NCBI GenBank assembly: GCA_037189525.1
Contig: JBBCJC010000005.1
Location: 992,001 to 1,056,000 of the forward strand
DNA: 64,000 nt
Source: Gemmatimonadales bacterium
GTDB lineage: Bacteria; Gemmatimonadota; Gemmatimonadetes; Gemmatimonadales; GWC2-71-9
Direction: 5' to 3'
Both the position numbers and the translations under genes were made by a program. Positions within the stretch are counted from its first letter, which is position 1; each line of letters starts with the position of its first letter. This document shows positions 42,266 to 54,058 of the stretch, in pieces. The notes beneath the pieces are model-generated. The model saw only the letters and a program-made list of their open reading frames with translations. It searched no databases and had not been told where the DNA came from.

Positions 42266-42553
42266 ATGCGCCACACCGTCAATCTGCTCGTCGAAGAGTT
42301 GCCTGCCGCCCTCCGGCGGACCGCCGATTTCCTGGGTGAGAGCCCCCTTCGACTCGAGCACCTGACCCTTACGCTCGGACGTCCCGCCCGTCTGACGGCG
42401 GTCTTTGCCCCGAATGCAGCCACCGCCGCAGTCGATCGGTTTGCCCAGGCCGTGGGTGGGCGCCCGATCTCGAACGAGGCGACACCGGCAGACACGAGAC
42501 CGGCCCCGTTTCATTGGCAAGCCGACGGCGCGGGAGACGAACATGTCGGCTGA
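42266..42553 (+). CDS. Small ACT-like domain protein
   Basis: HTVNLLVEELPAALRRTADFL...LEHLTL resembles ACT beta-alpha-beta; overlaps the leuA start. Confidence 0.5.
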   Translation: MRHTVNLLVEELPAALRRTADFLGESPLRLEHLTLTLGRPARLTAVFAPNAATAAVDRFAQAVGGRPISNEATPADTRPAPFHWQADGAGDEHVG

Positions 42554-43748
42554 GCCTCCGGTCCCGGTCGTCCAGATTTTCGATACGACGTTGCGCGACG
42601 GCGAACAGGCCCCCGGATGCACGCTGCAGCCCGAATCCAAGATTGCTGTGGCACGTCAGCTCGCCCGCCTGGGCGTGGACATCATCGAAGCCGGCTTTCC
42701 CGCCGCCTCCGACGCGGAGTGGCGGGCCATCAAGACCATCGCCACCTCGTTCGGATCAAAAGGGCCAACCGTCTGCGGCATGGCCCGCGCCATCGAGTCC
42801 GACGTCGACCGGGCAGCGCAGGCATTGCGACCCGCCGCCCGACCCAGAATCCATACCTTCCTGGCAACCTCCGATATCCACCTCGAACACAAGCTCCGCA
42901 TGACCCGAGCGGCTGCCCTCGAACGGGTCGCCTCGATCGTGCGATATGCGCGGAACCAGGTTTCGGAAATCCAATTCTCACCCGAGGACGCGACCCGCTC
43001 CGACCGCGATTTCATGTTTGCGGTCCTCGACTGCGCCGTCGAGTCCGGCGCCACGATCCTCAATATCCCCGACACCGTCGGCTACGCAACGCCCGATGAA
43101 TACGGCAACCTGATCGACGCCGTCGTTTCCCGCTACGCCTCGGCAGGCGTCACCGTTTCGGTCCACTGCCACGACGACCTGGGTCTCGCCGTCGCCAATA
43201 CCATTGCGGGCATCGCCGCCGGTGCACGGCAAGCGGAATGCACCATCAACGGCATCGGAGAACGCGCCGGCAATGCGGCGCTCGAAGAAGTCGTGATGGC
43301 GCTGCGTACCCGGCAGGATCGCCTCAGGCTCGACACCAGGATCGAAGCACGGGAACTGGTTCGTGCCTCACGCCTGGTCGAGCGACGAACCCGGATTCAG
43401 GTCCCGCCCAATAAGGCGGTGGTCGGCCGGAACGCTTTTGCGCACCAGTCGGGAATCCATCAGGCGGGCGTGCTCCGCCATCGCGCCACCTATGAGATCA
43501 TGACCCGGGAAAGCGTCGGGTTCGACCGGGAATCCATCGTGCTCGGTAAGCATTCGGGCCGCCATGCCCTCCGCGCCCGGCTCGAGCGGCTGGGCGTGGT
43601 CCTCGACGACGAGACCCTCGATCAGGTTTTCCCGCGCTTCAAAGCGGTTGCCGATACCAAGCGTACCGTTTCGGATCGGGATCTACGCGACCTGCTCGCC
43701 GCCGCCAACCTCGAGTCCGCCGATGAGGTGGCCGCGCATGCCGGTTGA
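42543..43748 (+). CDS. leuA: 2-isopropylmalate synthase, short form lacking the C-terminal regulatory domain
   Basis: [41 protein letters not shown]; 401 aa; followed by leuCDB. Confidence 0.9.
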   Translation: MSAEPPVPVVQIFDTTLRDGEQAPGCTLQPESKIAVARQLARLGVDIIEAGFPAASDAEWRAIKTIATSFGSKGPTVCGMARAIESDVDRAAQALRPAARPRIHTFLATSDIHLEHKLRMTRAAALERVASIVRYARNQVSEIQFSPEDATRSDRDFMFAVLDCAVESGATILNIPDTVGYATPDEYGNLIDAVVSRYASAGVTVSVHCHDDLGLAVANTIAGIAAGARQAECTINGIGERAGNAALEEVVMALRTRQDRLRLDTRIEARELVRASRLVERRTRIQVPPNKAVVGRNAFAHQSGIHQAGVLRHRATYEIMTRESVGFDRESIVLGKHSGRHALRARLERLGVVLDDETLDQVFPRFKAVADTKRTVSDRDLRDLLAAANLESADEVAAHAG

Positions 43749-45192
43749 TCCGACACCGAACCATCCCCGCACCCTGGTCGAAAAGATCTGGGACCGGCAT
43801 ATCGTCGTGCCGGAACGGGATGATACGCCGGCCGTGCTATATGTGGATCTCCATCTGATCCATGAGGTCACGTCGCCACAGGCGTTTGCTGCGCTGGCTG
43901 CGCGCGGACTACGGGTGCGCAGCCCCGACCGGACCATCGCAACCGCCGACCATTCGATCCCGACGTTACCCGGAACCCACGCCGGCACGCTGCCGATCGC
44001 CGACTCGGCCGCCCGCGCCCAGGTCGATCGTCTCACCACCAACTGCCGCGAGTACGGTATCCGCCTCTACGGGCAGGGTCACGGTCAGCAGGGCATCGTC
44101 CATGTGATCGGCCCCGAGCAGGGCTTCACGCAGCCGGGCATGACCATCGTGTGCGGCGACAGCCATACCAGTACCCATGGAGCTCTGGGCGCGCTCGCGT
44201 TCGGCATCGGCACCTCCGAGGTGTCGCACGTGCTGGCCACCCAGTGCCTGTTGCAGCGCAAGCCGCGCTTCATGGAGGTGCGCATCGAAGGCGCCCTCCC
44301 GCCTGGCATCGCTGCAAAGGACGTGATCCTCGCCGTGATTGCCCAGGTCGGCGTGGCCGGCGGTGCCGGACATGTCTTCGAGTATCGCGGCCGAGCCGTC
44401 GAAGCTCTCACGGTCGACCAGCGACTCACCCTCTGCAACATGTCGATCGAAGCCGGCGCCCGCGCAGGTCTGGTCGCGCCGGACGACACGACGTTCGAGT
44501 ATCTGAGCGGACGCGCCGAAGCGCCCAAAGGCGCCGCATGGGATACTGCCCTGGCCCGATGGCGCACGCTTCCGAGCGATGATGGCGCGCGCTGGGATCG
44601 CTCCGTCACGATCGATGCCGCGCGTCTCGCCCCCATGATCACCTACGGGACCACACCGGCGATGGCCATGCCGATCGATTGGGCCATTCCCGAACCGGAC
44701 CAGCTGCCGAACCATGCGGACCGGCAGGCGGTGTCTCAGGCGCTCCGCTATATGGCGCTCCAGCCCGGCCGCCCGCTGATCGGCCATCCGGTCGACGTCG
44801 TGTTTGTGGGAAGCTGCACCAACTCGCGGATCGACGATCTGCGTGATGCGGCCCGCCTGGTGCGCGGACGATCGGTTGCAAACGGTGTGCGGATGCTGGT
44901 CGTGCCAGGTTCGCAGGAAGTGAAGCGCGCCGCCGAAGCGGAAGGCCTCCACCACACCTTCATCGGCGCGGGCGCCGAGTGGCGGGAACCCGGGTGCTCG
45001 ATGTGCATCGCGATGAACGGCGACATGCTCGAGCCTGGGCAATACGCCGTCAGCACCAGTAACCGGAACTTCGAAGGTCGCCAGGGACGCGGCAGCCGCA
45101 CCTTCCTCGCCAGCCCCGCCACCGCCGCGGCCGCAGCCGTGACCGGCCGGGTCACCGATCCGCGCACCTTGCTGGAAGGACGATTCTCATGA
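43738..45192 (+). CDS. leuC: 3-isopropylmalate dehydratase large subunit
   Basis: [47 protein letters not shown]. Confidence 0.97.
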   Translation: MPVDPTPNHPRTLVEKIWDRHIVVPERDDTPAVLYVDLHLIHEVTSPQAFAALAARGLRVRSPDRTIATADHSIPTLPGTHAGTLPIADSAARAQVDRLTTNCREYGIRLYGQGHGQQGIVHVIGPEQGFTQPGMTIVCGDSHTSTHGALGALAFGIGTSEVSHVLATQCLLQRKPRFMEVRIEGALPPGIAAKDVILAVIAQVGVAGGAGHVFEYRGRAVEALTVDQRLTLCNMSIEAGARAGLVAPDDTTFEYLSGRAEAPKGAAWDTALARWRTLPSDDGARWDRSVTIDAARLAPMITYGTTPAMAMPIDWAIPEPDQLPNHADRQAVSQALRYMALQPGRPLIGHPVDVVFVGSCTNSRIDDLRDAARLVRGRSVANGVRMLVVPGSQEVKRAAEAEGLHHTFIGAGAEWREPGCSMCIAMNGDMLEPGQYAVSTSNRNFEGRQGRGSRTFLASPATAAAAAVTGRVTDPRTLLEGRFS

Positions 45193-45776
45193 CGCGATGG
45201 ACGTCCCCCTGGACCGGTCGGGCCACGTTACTGGCCGCGGATGATGTCGACACGGACCAGATCATCCCCGCGCGCTTTCTCAAAGCCACCACGCGCGACG
45301 GGCTCGGTGCCCACCTGTTTGCCGACTGGCGCAATCAGGCCGACGGCACGCCGAAGTCCGACTTTCCGCTCAATCGCCCTGGCGCTGCCAGCCGGCCTAT
45401 CCTGGTCGCGGGGCGGAACTTCGGCTGCGGCTCGTCCCGCGAGCATGCTCCCTGGGCACTCACCGATTTCGGCATCAGCGCCATCGTAGCGAAATCGTTT
45501 GGCGACATCTTCCGCTCGAACGCGCTCAAGAACGGTCTGCTCCCGATTGCCATCGACGGTGACGACTGGGCCGCAATGGCCCAGACGCTGGAGCAGGCGC
45601 CCGAGACGGAGCTCACCGTCGATCTGCCAGCTCGGCAGCTTCGCATCGGCACCTGGTCTACCACCTTTCCCATCGACCCTTTTGCCCGTTTCTGCCTGAT
45701 CGAGGGCGTCGACGAACTCGGCTTCCTGCTGCAGCAGGAGGCGGCTATCCAGGCATTCGAGGAACAGCACGTATGA
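45189..45776 (+). CDS. leuD: 3-isopropylmalate dehydratase small subunit
   Basis: [26 protein letters not shown]. Confidence 0.97.
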   Translation: MTRWTSPWTGRATLLAADDVDTDQIIPARFLKATTRDGLGAHLFADWRNQADGTPKSDFPLNRPGAASRPILVAGRNFGCGSSREHAPWALTDFGISAIVAKSFGDIFRSNALKNGLLPIAIDGDDWAAMAQTLEQAPETELTVDLPARQLRIGTWSTTFPIDPFARFCLIEGVDELGFLLQQEAAIQAFEEQHV

Positions 45777-46879
45777 AGGCCACCATCGTGACCCTGCCGG
45801 GCGACGGCATCGGCCCGGACGTAACGGCGGAAGCAATCCGGATCCTCTCGACGGTTGCTGATCTGTTCGGGCACCAGTTCTCGTTCGAAAGCGCTCTGAT
45901 CGGCGGCGCCGCCATCGACACGACCGGCACCGCACTCCCGAGCGCCACACTCGACGCTTGCCGCGCATCAGACGCCGTCCTGCTCGGCGCGGTCGGCGGC
46001 CCGCAGTGGGATGCGCCCGATGCGGTCGTTCGACCCGAGCAGGGTCTGCTGGCCCTCCGGAAGGGGCTCTGCGTCTTTGCCAATCTGCGCCCGGTCCGCG
46101 TCGCCGATTGCCTCGCCGACCGATCGACGTTGCGTCCCGAGGTGGTCCGCGGCGTCGACCTCGTCGTGGTGCGCGAACTGACCGGCGGAATGTACTTCGG
46201 CGACAAATCGCGCGGCCCCGGTGAGGGCGGACAGGAGGCCATCGACGTCTGCCGCTACTCCACGGCCGAGATCGAACGTGTGGCGCGACGAGCCGGCCAG
46301 TTGGCGCGCAGCCGGCGGGGTCGGCTCGCCTCGGTCGACAAGGCCAACGTCCTCGAGACCTCCCGGCTCTGGCGTGAAACGGTGACGCGCGTCATGGCGG
46401 AGGAATTTCCCGACCTGATCGTCGAGCACGTCCTGGTGGACGCCTGCGCCATGCATCTGATCCGGAACCCCGGAGGGTTCGATGTCATCCTCACGGAAAA
46501 TCTGTTCGGCGACATCCTGACCGACGAGGCCGCGATGCTGGCCGGGTCGATCGGCCTGCTCCCGTCGGCATCGCTTGGTGCGCCCGGGTCGCCCGGGCTG
46601 TTCGAACCGATCCACGGGTCCGCGCCGACCCTTGCCGGCCGCGATCTCGCCAATCCGTACGGCGCCATCCTCTCCGCCGCCATGCTGCTCCGGCACGGCC
46701 TCGCCCTCGACGCCGAGGCAGACGCCGTCGAACGCGCCGTCGAACAGGCCTGGGTCACCGGCTTCATACCGGCCGACCTGACGGATTCGTCGACCGCCCC
46801 ATATGGAACCCGAGCCATCGGCAGCGCGGTTGCTGCGCTCCTGTCGGAGGCCGCCACCCCCGCCACGACCGCCAGGTGA
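45773..46879 (+). CDS. leuB: 3-isopropylmalate dehydrogenase
   Basis: [32 protein letters not shown]. Confidence 0.97.
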   Translation: MKATIVTLPGDGIGPDVTAEAIRILSTVADLFGHQFSFESALIGGAAIDTTGTALPSATLDACRASDAVLLGAVGGPQWDAPDAVVRPEQGLLALRKGLCVFANLRPVRVADCLADRSTLRPEVVRGVDLVVVRELTGGMYFGDKSRGPGEGGQEAIDVCRYSTAEIERVARRAGQLARSRRGRLASVDKANVLETSRLWRETVTRVMAEEFPDLIVEHVLVDACAMHLIRNPGGFDVILTENLFGDILTDEAAMLAGSIGLLPSASLGAPGSPGLFEPIHGSAPTLAGRDLANPYGAILSAAMLLRHGLALDAEADAVERAVEQAWVTGFIPADLTDSSTAPYGTRAIGSAVAALLSEAATPATTAR

Positions 46880-47421
46880 GTGAGGACAGTTTGTTACAGC
46901 GTTTGCAGGACTCCGACCGGACCGCATTCGACGAGATCGTCCGCTCCCATGATGCTCGGCTCCGAGCCGTTGCGCATCGCGTCGTCGGATGCCCCGACAC
47001 CGCGGCGGAGGTGGTTCAGGACGTGTTCTTTCGCCTCTGGCGCGACCGCAGCACCATCGAGATTCGCGATCACCTGGGTGGCTATCTCGCACGCGCCGTG
47101 CGGAATCGCGCCCTCGACCGTCAGAAGCGCCTGCGACTCGAGTATCGCTGGCTCGAACGGGAAGTGATGGAAACCGAACAGGCCGAGATCGAACGGATCG
47201 CCGGCAGCCTGACCGACTCGGCAGGCCACGATCGTAGCAGTCAGTTGATGCAGGCGCTGGACCAGCTGCCGGAACGTCGCAGGGAGATCATGCTGCTCCG
47301 GTGGCGGGAGGGCCTCAGCTACAACGAGATCGCCTCTCGACTCGGGCTCTCCGTCAAAACGGTGGAGAACCAGATCAGTCGCGGACTCAAAACGCTCCGT
47401 GCGCTTCTGATGCCCGACTGA
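46876..47421 (+). CDS. ECF-type sigma-70 factor
   Basis: [12 protein letters not shown] (region 2), [32 protein letters not shown] (region 4); GTGA overlap with leuB. Confidence 0.92.
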   Translation: MSEDSLLQRLQDSDRTAFDEIVRSHDARLRAVAHRVVGCPDTAAEVVQDVFFRLWRDRSTIEIRDHLGGYLARAVRNRALDRQKRLRLEYRWLEREVMETEQAEIERIAGSLTDSAGHDRSSQLMQALDQLPERRREIMLLRWREGLSYNEIASRLGLSVKTVENQISRGLKTLRALLMPD

Positions 47422-47509
47422 AGCTGCTGCCGTTTGCGGCCTGGTCGGATCGCTGGGGCCGGAGGCGCGTCTGTATCTCCCCACGGAAGGGCCAGAGGCA
47501 TCACGCCTG

Positions 47510-48991
47510 CTACGGTAGCGCAAGAACGACCGCCAGCCGATGACTGGTGACGCGCAGTCCGTCCATGGCAAGCTTGGTGGACGGCGCCGCAATAACACCA
47601 GGGGGATCCAAGACCGTGACATCATCGCCGCCATCGATCAGGCCGAAGTCGAACAGGTTGCCCAGCCGAGTTGCCGTGACGCGCCCGCGATAGTGAAGGT
47701 CGACCCGCCCCAGCCGAAGGGTGACCCCCCAGGAGGGCGTCCACTCGACCCATCGCTCCTGCTGCGACCGATCCACGCCGGACAGATAGTTTCGCTGCTC
47801 CAGATCGTAGTTCACCGAGTACGCCGAAAGACCGAAACGGACCGTTGCGAGGCTACCGTCCGTACCGAGCGGAATTCGGTGAGCTGAGCCAGCCCGAATC
47901 ACGACATTGTGGAACCGGAAACGATTGTCGACGGTTCTCCCGCCGGCCGGAATGACCCTACCCCCTGCCGATGGCACGTCTGTCTCCGCTTCGCCCCAGG
48001 TATGACTGCGAACCGGCTCGAAGACGAACTCGATCCCGGCATCCGACCGCGGCCCATTGTTCCAGAGTCCGAGGCCGAGATTGAAGGCGCTCGTATTCCC
48101 CGGATCTCGTGGGATGTTCTGGAGGACATAGTTGGGAATCTTCGGGTGCCACATCAAGTTCGATGTCGCAATCGCACCGATATGCCAGCGCGTGTCCGGC
48201 AGCGGCTGGCGATACCGCAGGTGCGCACCCCAGACCTCGGTCTGATCGTCGTTCGTCTCCAATCGTGGGACCAGGGCGCCGGCGCGGACTTCCGGGAACA
48301 CCACATCGTGCGACGCCTTGAAACGATTGTGGAGGACCACGGCATCCAGGGTCCGTCCGCCCCACCATTTGGTCATTCCGAGGCGGGCATCGAGCTGGTC
48401 ACCGCGATGCTCGATCCGGTAGCTACCTGCGTACAACAGGTCCACGCCATGAACCCACTGCAGGTCGCTCGCCTGCAAGCGGAAACCGACGGCCAGTTCC
48501 TGCTCTACGAACTGACGGCCAACCGAGGCAGTGAGATATTTGTTACGTCGAGATGGATGGGACGCCGAGAGGAGAAAGCCCCGGTCCAGACAACCCTGAC
48601 AGGCCACTGGCAAGGAGCCACCGACCCACTCGGCATCGACATCCTGCACGGCAACCCCGACGGCGGCAAACCAGGCCCCAAACGAGAACAACCCGCCAAT
48701 CGGGAGCGACGACCCCTGACCCGTGGAACCAAGCACCCGATCGAAGCCGGGAGACAGAAATACCTGCTTGCCCCGGATCATGGCGCCGCGAGCCGGGTTG
48801 ACGAAGGGATCGCGCAGCGAGTCGTCGACGGCGATCGCGAGATCGCCCATCGCCGCATTGAACGACGGGAACAAATCGAACTGATGATGCCTCGGCACCG
48901 GCACTGACCGGACCGAGATCAATTGAGCATGGGCCGGCCCCCCCGGTATCCCGAGCAGCACGACAAGCAGAGCAAGCAGGCGAAGCGCCAT
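47510..48991 (-). CDS. Exported hypothetical protein, probable outer-membrane beta-barrel
   Basis: Signal peptide AHA-Q; AAMGDLAIA...PFVNPA N-terminus as in FadL-like barrels; alternating amphipathic strands. Confidence 0.6.
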   Translation of the reverse strand: MALRLLALLVVLLGIPGGPAHAQLISVRSVPVPRHHQFDLFPSFNAAMGDLAIAVDDSLRDPFVNPARGAMIRGKQVFLSPGFDRVLGSTGQGSSLPIGGLFSFGAWFAAVGVAVQDVDAEWVGGSLPVACQGCLDRGFLLSASHPSRRNKYLTASVGRQFVEQELAVGFRLQASDLQWVHGVDLLYAGSYRIEHRGDQLDARLGMTKWWGGRTLDAVVLHNRFKASHDVVFPEVRAGALVPRLETNDDQTEVWGAHLRYRQPLPDTRWHIGAIATSNLMWHPKIPNYVLQNIPRDPGNTSAFNLGLGLWNNGPRSDAGIEFVFEPVRSHTWGEAETDVPSAGGRVIPAGGRTVDNRFRFHNVVIRAGSAHRIPLGTDGSLATVRFGLSAYSVNYDLEQRNYLSGVDRSQQERWVEWTPSWGVTLRLGRVDLHYRGRVTATRLGNLFDFGLIDGGDDVTVLDPPGVIAAPSTKLAMDGLRVTSHRLAVVLALP

Positions 48992-49070
48992 GGAGTTCCC
49001 CCCATTGGATCTCCGCCAAGCTAGCTCTTTCGTCACCGCGCCACAGTGACGGCCCTCACACTCACCGCCA

Positions 49071-50120
49071 TCAGGCCACGGCGCCCACTGGTCTGCTGGC
49101 GGCATTGGCGGTCAGGAACCGCATCATCTGCCGGAGCCGTGCCCCCACGACCTCGATCTGATGTTCACCCTGACGCCGTCGTTCGGCCAACAGCCGAGTC
49201 CGACCGGACCGATGCTCCGCGAGCCACTCCCGGCTGAACTGCCCGCTGCGCACTTCGGCCAGAATCGCGCGCATCGTGTCGCGGGTCCGCTCGTCGACCA
49301 CCCGTGGGCCAGCCACGTAGTCGCCATACTCCGCGGTGTCGGAGACGGAGTACCGCATCAGACCCAGCCCGCCCCGGTACATCAGGTCGACGATCAACTT
49401 GAGTTCGTGCAGACACTCGAAGTACGCAACCTCCGGCTGGTAGCCCGCTTCCACCAGGGTGTCGAATCCCGCCTGCACCAGCGCCGTTACACCGCCGCAG
49501 AGTACGGCCTGCTCACCAAAAAGGTCCGTCTCCGCTTCCTCGGCAAAGGTCGTGAGCAGGACACCCGCGCGGGTGCATCCGATCGCCTTGGCATACGCCA
49601 GTGCATCGGCCAGCGCGCTCCCAGACGCATCCGCTTCCACCGCGACCAGCGCCGGGACGCCTTCCTCGCTCACAAACAGCTCGCGCAGACGGTGACCGGG
49701 ACACTTCGGCGCCACCAGACTGACATCGACGCCTTTCGGAGCCTGGATCTCGCCGAACCGCACGCTGAACCCGTGCGCAAACATCAGGGTTTGTCCGGGC
49801 CGTAGGTGGGGCTCGATTTCGCGCTCGTAGAGGGCGCGCTGATCCGGATCGGGCACCAGCACCATGATGATCGACGCCGATCGGGTCGCGTCCGCGGTGG
49901 TCGCCACCTCGAGCCCGGCCGATCGCGCCAGATCCCAGCGCGGCGATCCGGGGCGCAAACCGACGACGACCTCGACGCCGCTGTCCGCCAGGTTCTGGGC
50001 ATGCGCGTGCCCCTGGCTCCCGAACCCGATCACCGCCACCCGCCGGCCGCGCAGACGGGACAGGTCGGCATCCTGATCGTAAAACAGCGTCGGCCCGGTG
50101 ACTTCAGGCGGCTTCGTCAT
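49071..50120 (-). CDS. ilvC: Ketol-acid reductoisomerase
   Basis: [32 protein letters not shown]. Confidence 0.97.
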   Translation of the reverse strand: MTKPPEVTGPTLFYDQDADLSRLRGRRVAVIGFGSQGHAHAQNLADSGVEVVVGLRPGSPRWDLARSAGLEVATTADATRSASIIMVLVPDPDQRALYEREIEPHLRPGQTLMFAHGFSVRFGEIQAPKGVDVSLVAPKCPGHRLRELFVSEEGVPALVAVEADASGSALADALAYAKAIGCTRAGVLLTTFAEEAETDLFGEQAVLCGGVTALVQAGFDTLVEAGYQPEVAYFECLHELKLIVDLMYRGGLGLMRYSVSDTAEYGDYVAGPRVVDERTRDTMRAILAEVRSGQFSREWLAEHRSGRTRLLAERRRQGEHQIEVVGARLRQMMRFLTANAASRPVGAVA

Positions 50121-50370
50121 GAAGGATCTCCTCGATATCCGTTTGAGAAAGAACGTCGATCAGCCGGGCCAACTGGCGCCGGACCTGATCATGATTGGCA
50201 CTCGTGATCGTCAGCATGAGACGACTGCGCTCGATTCGCTCCGCCGGGTGCACCGCAAATCCTTCGACGTTCACCCGGCGGCGCCGCAACAGACCGATGA
50301 CCCGCTCCAGACCGAGCAAGCCGCCACCCACGCTGACCAGATAGGTTCGTTTGGATAGAGTTTTCATCAC
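50104..50370 (-). CDS. Acetolactate synthase small (ACT) subunit, short form
   Basis: [17 protein letters not shown]...RQLARLIDV; lies between ilvB and ilvC. Confidence 0.75.
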   Translation of the reverse strand: MMKTLSKRTYLVSVGGGLLGLERVIGLLRRRRVNVEGFAVHPAERIERSRLMLTITSANHDQVRRQLARLIDVLSQTDIEEILHDEAA

Positions 50371-52088
50371 ACCACCTCCACGGCAGGCCCGATCATGGCA
50401 TCGATGGCTGCGCCAGGAGGCACCATCGGAAAGACGTTGGCTTCCCGCTCGACCCGGAAGTCGATCAGCACCGACCCACGGACCCCGCTCACATGATCGA
50501 GGACCGAAGCCAATTCCTCGGTATGCTCGACAGCCACGGCCTCGAGGCCATACGAACGGGCCAGAGCGGGAAAATCAGGACCGGACAGCGGCGTCCCGGA
50601 GTAGCGCCGGTCATGGAAGAGCTGCTGCCACTGCCGCACCATGCCCAGGTACCCATTATTGATGACGGCAATGCGGAGGTTGCAAACGCCCTCCTGAACC
50701 ACGGTCGCGAGCTCCTGATTGGTCATCTGAAATCCTCCGTCGCCGACGATGGCCCAGACCGTGGCATCCGGACGCGCGATTGCCGCGCCCAGCGCTGCCG
50801 GCACCGCAAACCCCATCGTACCCGCGCCTCCACTGGTCAGTTGCGTACCTGGCGTGTGCCATGAGAGCCACTGCGCCGCCCACATCTGATGCTGGCCGAC
50901 ATCGGAGACGACTAGCACCGGCTCACCTCCCTGCCACGCAGCATCCAGTGCCCGATAGACCTCCCGAGGGGGCAACGTCCCGCCAGGTCCGGCGTTCTCT
51001 TCCGAACGCCCGCGAGCAACTGCCGTCCCCTCGATTTCCTGCAACCAATCCGAATCACGCCGAACTGGAGCCTGCTCGAGCATCGATTCGAGCACGCTGC
51101 GCGCGTCGCCCACCAGCTCGATTGCGGTTGGGATCGTCTTCCCGATCTGCGAGGGCTCGATATCGAGGTGGATGACAGTTGCGCGCGGAGCAAAGCGCGC
51201 GGCGGGGCCGGTTACCCGATCGTCGAAGCGTGCGCCGATCGAAAAGAGCACGTCGCACGTTTGCAGCGCACGGTTGACCGCAACCGAGCCGTGCATCCCC
51301 GCCAGGCCAATCGAGAGACGATGCTCCTGCGGAATCGCCCCGAGACCGAGCAGCGTCGTGGCCACCGGCAGATCCATCCGCTCCGCGAGCGCGACGACCT
51401 GCCGTGCCGCACCGGACTGAATCACCCCGTGCCCTGCAAGCACGACCGGTCGTTTACCCTGGGCCAACAGCGCAAGCGCTTCCTGGAGGAAGCGTGCGCC
51501 GGGAACCGGCGACCGGCTCCGCTCGACCGCAGCTCGGGATATCAGACGGTCGGTGGACGGACGAGATTGCGCCCGGCCCTGCTGCGCATCTTTCGTGATA
51601 TCGAGCAGCACAGGCCCCGGCCGGCCCTCGGTGGCAATTCGAATCGCCTCCGACACGGCATCCTCGATTTCATCGGCTGCGCACACCAACCGGCTGTGCT
51701 TGACGATCGGCAGGGTGATCCCGATGATGTCGATTTCCTGGAACGCATCCGTACCAAGCAGATGGCTCGGCACCTGACCGGTGATTGCCAGGAGCGGGGT
51801 CCCATCCATCCAGGCGTCGGCAATCGGTGTCACCAGGTTGGTTGCCCCGGGCCCGCTGGTCGCAATGCAGACCCCGATCCGCCCGCTGGCCCGCGCATAT
51901 CCCTGCGCCGCATGACCGGCCCCCTGCTCGTGCCGGCACAATACGTGGCGAAGACCGGCATCCGGCGCACCCAGCGCGTGGTAGAACGGCATGATGGCGC
52001 CGCCCGGGATACCGAAGACCACCTCGACCCCATGCCTGCGTAGCGCTCGGCACAGCAACTCGGCGCCGGTCAGCGTGTCGCCAGCCAT
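50367..52088 (-). CDS. ilvB: Acetolactate synthase large subunit
   Basis: [39 protein letters not shown]. Confidence 0.96.
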   Translation of the reverse strand: MAGDTLTGAELLCRALRRHGVEVVFGIPGGAIMPFYHALGAPDAGLRHVLCRHEQGAGHAAQGYARASGRIGVCIATSGPGATNLVTPIADAWMDGTPLLAITGQVPSHLLGTDAFQEIDIIGITLPIVKHSRLVCAADEIEDAVSEAIRIATEGRPGPVLLDITKDAQQGRAQSRPSTDRLISRAAVERSRSPVPGARFLQEALALLAQGKRPVVLAGHGVIQSGAARQVVALAERMDLPVATTLLGLGAIPQEHRLSIGLAGMHGSVAVNRALQTCDVLFSIGARFDDRVTGPAARFAPRATVIHLDIEPSQIGKTIPTAIELVGDARSVLESMLEQAPVRRDSDWLQEIEGTAVARGRSEENAGPGGTLPPREVYRALDAAWQGGEPVLVVSDVGQHQMWAAQWLSWHTPGTQLTSGGAGTMGFAVPAALGAAIARPDATVWAIVGDGGFQMTNQELATVVQEGVCNLRIAVINNGYLGMVRQWQQLFHDRRYSGTPLSGPDFPALARSYGLEAVAVEHTEELASVLDHVSGVRGSVLIDFRVEREANVFPMVPPGAAIDAMIGPAVEVV

Positions 52089-53797
52089 GCATCCTCCGAA
52101 GGCTGCGGTGCAGGTACAGCGCCAAGCACCGCACCGTCGCTCGCGCTGCCGACCAGGGCCGCGTAGCGCGCCAGCCATCCTCGCCGCGGCATGGGACGGT
52201 CGGAACGGGCCGCCGGGCGCGCAGCAAGCAAAGCTTCACCCCCATCGATATCGATGCGGTGAGACGAGAGATCAATCCGGACCACGTCGCCATCCACCAG
52301 ACGACCGATCGGACCGCCGACCGCCGCCTCCGGACTGATGTGACCGACACAAAACCCACGTGTGCCACCCGAGAACCGGCCATCGGTGATCAACGCGACC
52401 GACGTCGACAGCGGCGACCCCTTGAGGAAGCTGGTCAGCGCAAGCATCTCCCGCATGCCGGGCCCGCCGCGCGGACCTTCGAATCGCACCACTACGACGT
52501 CGCCGGGCTGGATGACACCCGATCGCGCAGCCTCCAGCGCATCTTCTTCGCTCTCGAACACGCGGGCCGGCCCCGCAAACCCTTTGCACCCGGGTTCCAG
52601 CGCACCGGTCTTGATCACCGCGCCATCCGGTGCGAGGTCCCCAAACAGGATCTCCAGCCCACCCGTTCTGGAATGCGGCTCGTCGATCGTACGAACGGCT
52701 CCGTTGCCAGGGCGATCGACCGACTCGAACCGGCTTCGAAGTGGTTCGCCGCTGATGGTCATGGTATCCGGCTCGACCAAACCGGGCTCACGCGACAGTT
52801 CGGCCAGCACGGCGCTGACGCCGCCGGCCAGATGGAGATCCTCGATATGCCACTGCCGATTGCCATCCCAGGCAGGCGCAAGCTTGGCAAGGTGTGGCGT
52901 CCGTCGCGCCACCTGATCGAAGCGGGCCATCGGATACGGGATCTCGGCCTCGCGCGCCAGAGCGAGCAGGTGGAGCACCGTGTTCGAGGACCCGCCAAGC
53001 GCCGCATCCAGCGCCACCGCGTTATCGAGCGACGCCGCCGTCACCACGTCGCGAAAGCGTCGCCCCTCCCGCACTGCCGCGAGCAACGCCTCCGCCGAGC
53101 GGCTCAACAATCCTCGACGCTCATCCGAGATCGCCAGCGCGGTACCGCTGCCGGGCAACCCGAGGCCGAGCGCTTCGACGATGCAGTTCATCGAGTTGGC
53201 GGTGAACATGCCGCTGCAACTGCCACAGGTCGGACAAGCGGAGCGTTCGAGGTCCAGCAGGTCCGCATCATCGATCCGTCCCGCGGCATGCGCGCCAACT
53301 CCTTCGAACACCGAGACTAAGTCGATCGCCTGGCCAGTCCGGCTTCGTCCGGCTTTCATCGGACCACCCGAGACGAACACAGTGGGCAGATCGACGCGCG
53401 CCGCCCCCATCAGCATCCCGGGGACGATCTTGTCACAGTTGGGCAGGCAGATGAGTCCATCGAAACAATGCGCGGCAACCATGGTCTCGACGGCGTCTGC
53501 AATCAGTTCACGCGAAGGCAGCGAATACCGCATACCCTCGTGGCCCATCACGATCCCGTCGTCGACACCGATGGTATTGAACTCGAACGGAATCCCGCCG
53601 GCGGCACGGATCGCCTCTTTGACCAGGCGGCCGAATTCCTGGAGATGGGTGTGCCCCGGGACGATCTCGACGTAGGAATTACAGACGGCAATGAAGGGCC
53701 GCTCGAAATCGGCCTCGCTCTGGATCGCGCCCGTGGCGCGCAGCAGACTGCGATGGGGCGCGCGCGAAGCCCCACGCTTGATACGGTCCGACAACAT
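52070..53797 (-). CDS. ilvD: Dihydroxy-acid dehydratase
   Basis: [44 protein letters not shown]. Confidence 0.97.
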   Translation of the reverse strand: MLSDRIKRGASRAPHRSLLRATGAIQSEADFERPFIAVCNSYVEIVPGHTHLQEFGRLVKEAIRAAGGIPFEFNTIGVDDGIVMGHEGMRYSLPSRELIADAVETMVAAHCFDGLICLPNCDKIVPGMLMGAARVDLPTVFVSGGPMKAGRSRTGQAIDLVSVFEGVGAHAAGRIDDADLLDLERSACPTCGSCSGMFTANSMNCIVEALGLGLPGSGTALAISDERRGLLSRSAEALLAAVREGRRFRDVVTAASLDNAVALDAALGGSSNTVLHLLALAREAEIPYPMARFDQVARRTPHLAKLAPAWDGNRQWHIEDLHLAGGVSAVLAELSREPGLVEPDTMTISGEPLRSRFESVDRPGNGAVRTIDEPHSRTGGLEILFGDLAPDGAVIKTGALEPGCKGFAGPARVFESEEDALEAARSGVIQPGDVVVVRFEGPRGGPGMREMLALTSFLKGSPLSTSVALITDGRFSGGTRGFCVGHISPEAAVGGPIGRLVDGDVVRIDLSSHRIDIDGGEALLAARPAARSDRPMPRRGWLARYAALVGSASDGAVLGAVPAPQPSEDAWLATR

Positions 53798-53827
53798 GAC
53801 TGAGCCTCGGAGAGCCGGAGCTCCCGG

Positions 53828-53867
53828 AAACGCGAACGGCCCCTCCGATATCTCCGAGAGGGGCCGT
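53828..53867 (-). terminator. Attenuator terminator of the ilv leader
   Basis: ACGGCCCCT...AGGGGCCGT stem with a minus-strand TTCGCGTTT tail, 30 nt upstream of ilvD. Confidence 0.7.
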
Positions 53868-53916
53868 GTCGACTGCTCACCCCTCCCGAAACCGGGGAGG
53901 GGACTGGCTCGCTACG

Positions 53917-54015
53917 TTAGCACAAGCTCGTCTCCGCTCCCCATTGGCCAATGCCAACGACGAGTCCGACGACGAGAATGATGACGGCACCAAGCCGGGC
54001 GCGAATGACGTTCAT
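53917..54015 (-). CDS. ilv operon leader peptide (32 aa)
   Basis: MNVIRARLGAVIILVVGLVVGIGQWGAETSLC*, 14/32 codons Ile/Val/Leu; followed by two hairpins. Confidence 0.8.
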   Translation of the reverse strand: MNVIRARLGAVIILVVGLVVGIGQWGAETSLC

Positions 54016-54058
54016 GTCCAATAGACGATCGAACCGGGCCGCAACCCCCATCCGATCA

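Noticed and set aside
49000..49055. Third copy of the ECF promoter upstream of the barrel-like gene
   Set aside because: GTGAC is present but there is no GTCA at the 17-nt spacing; only a short palindrome.
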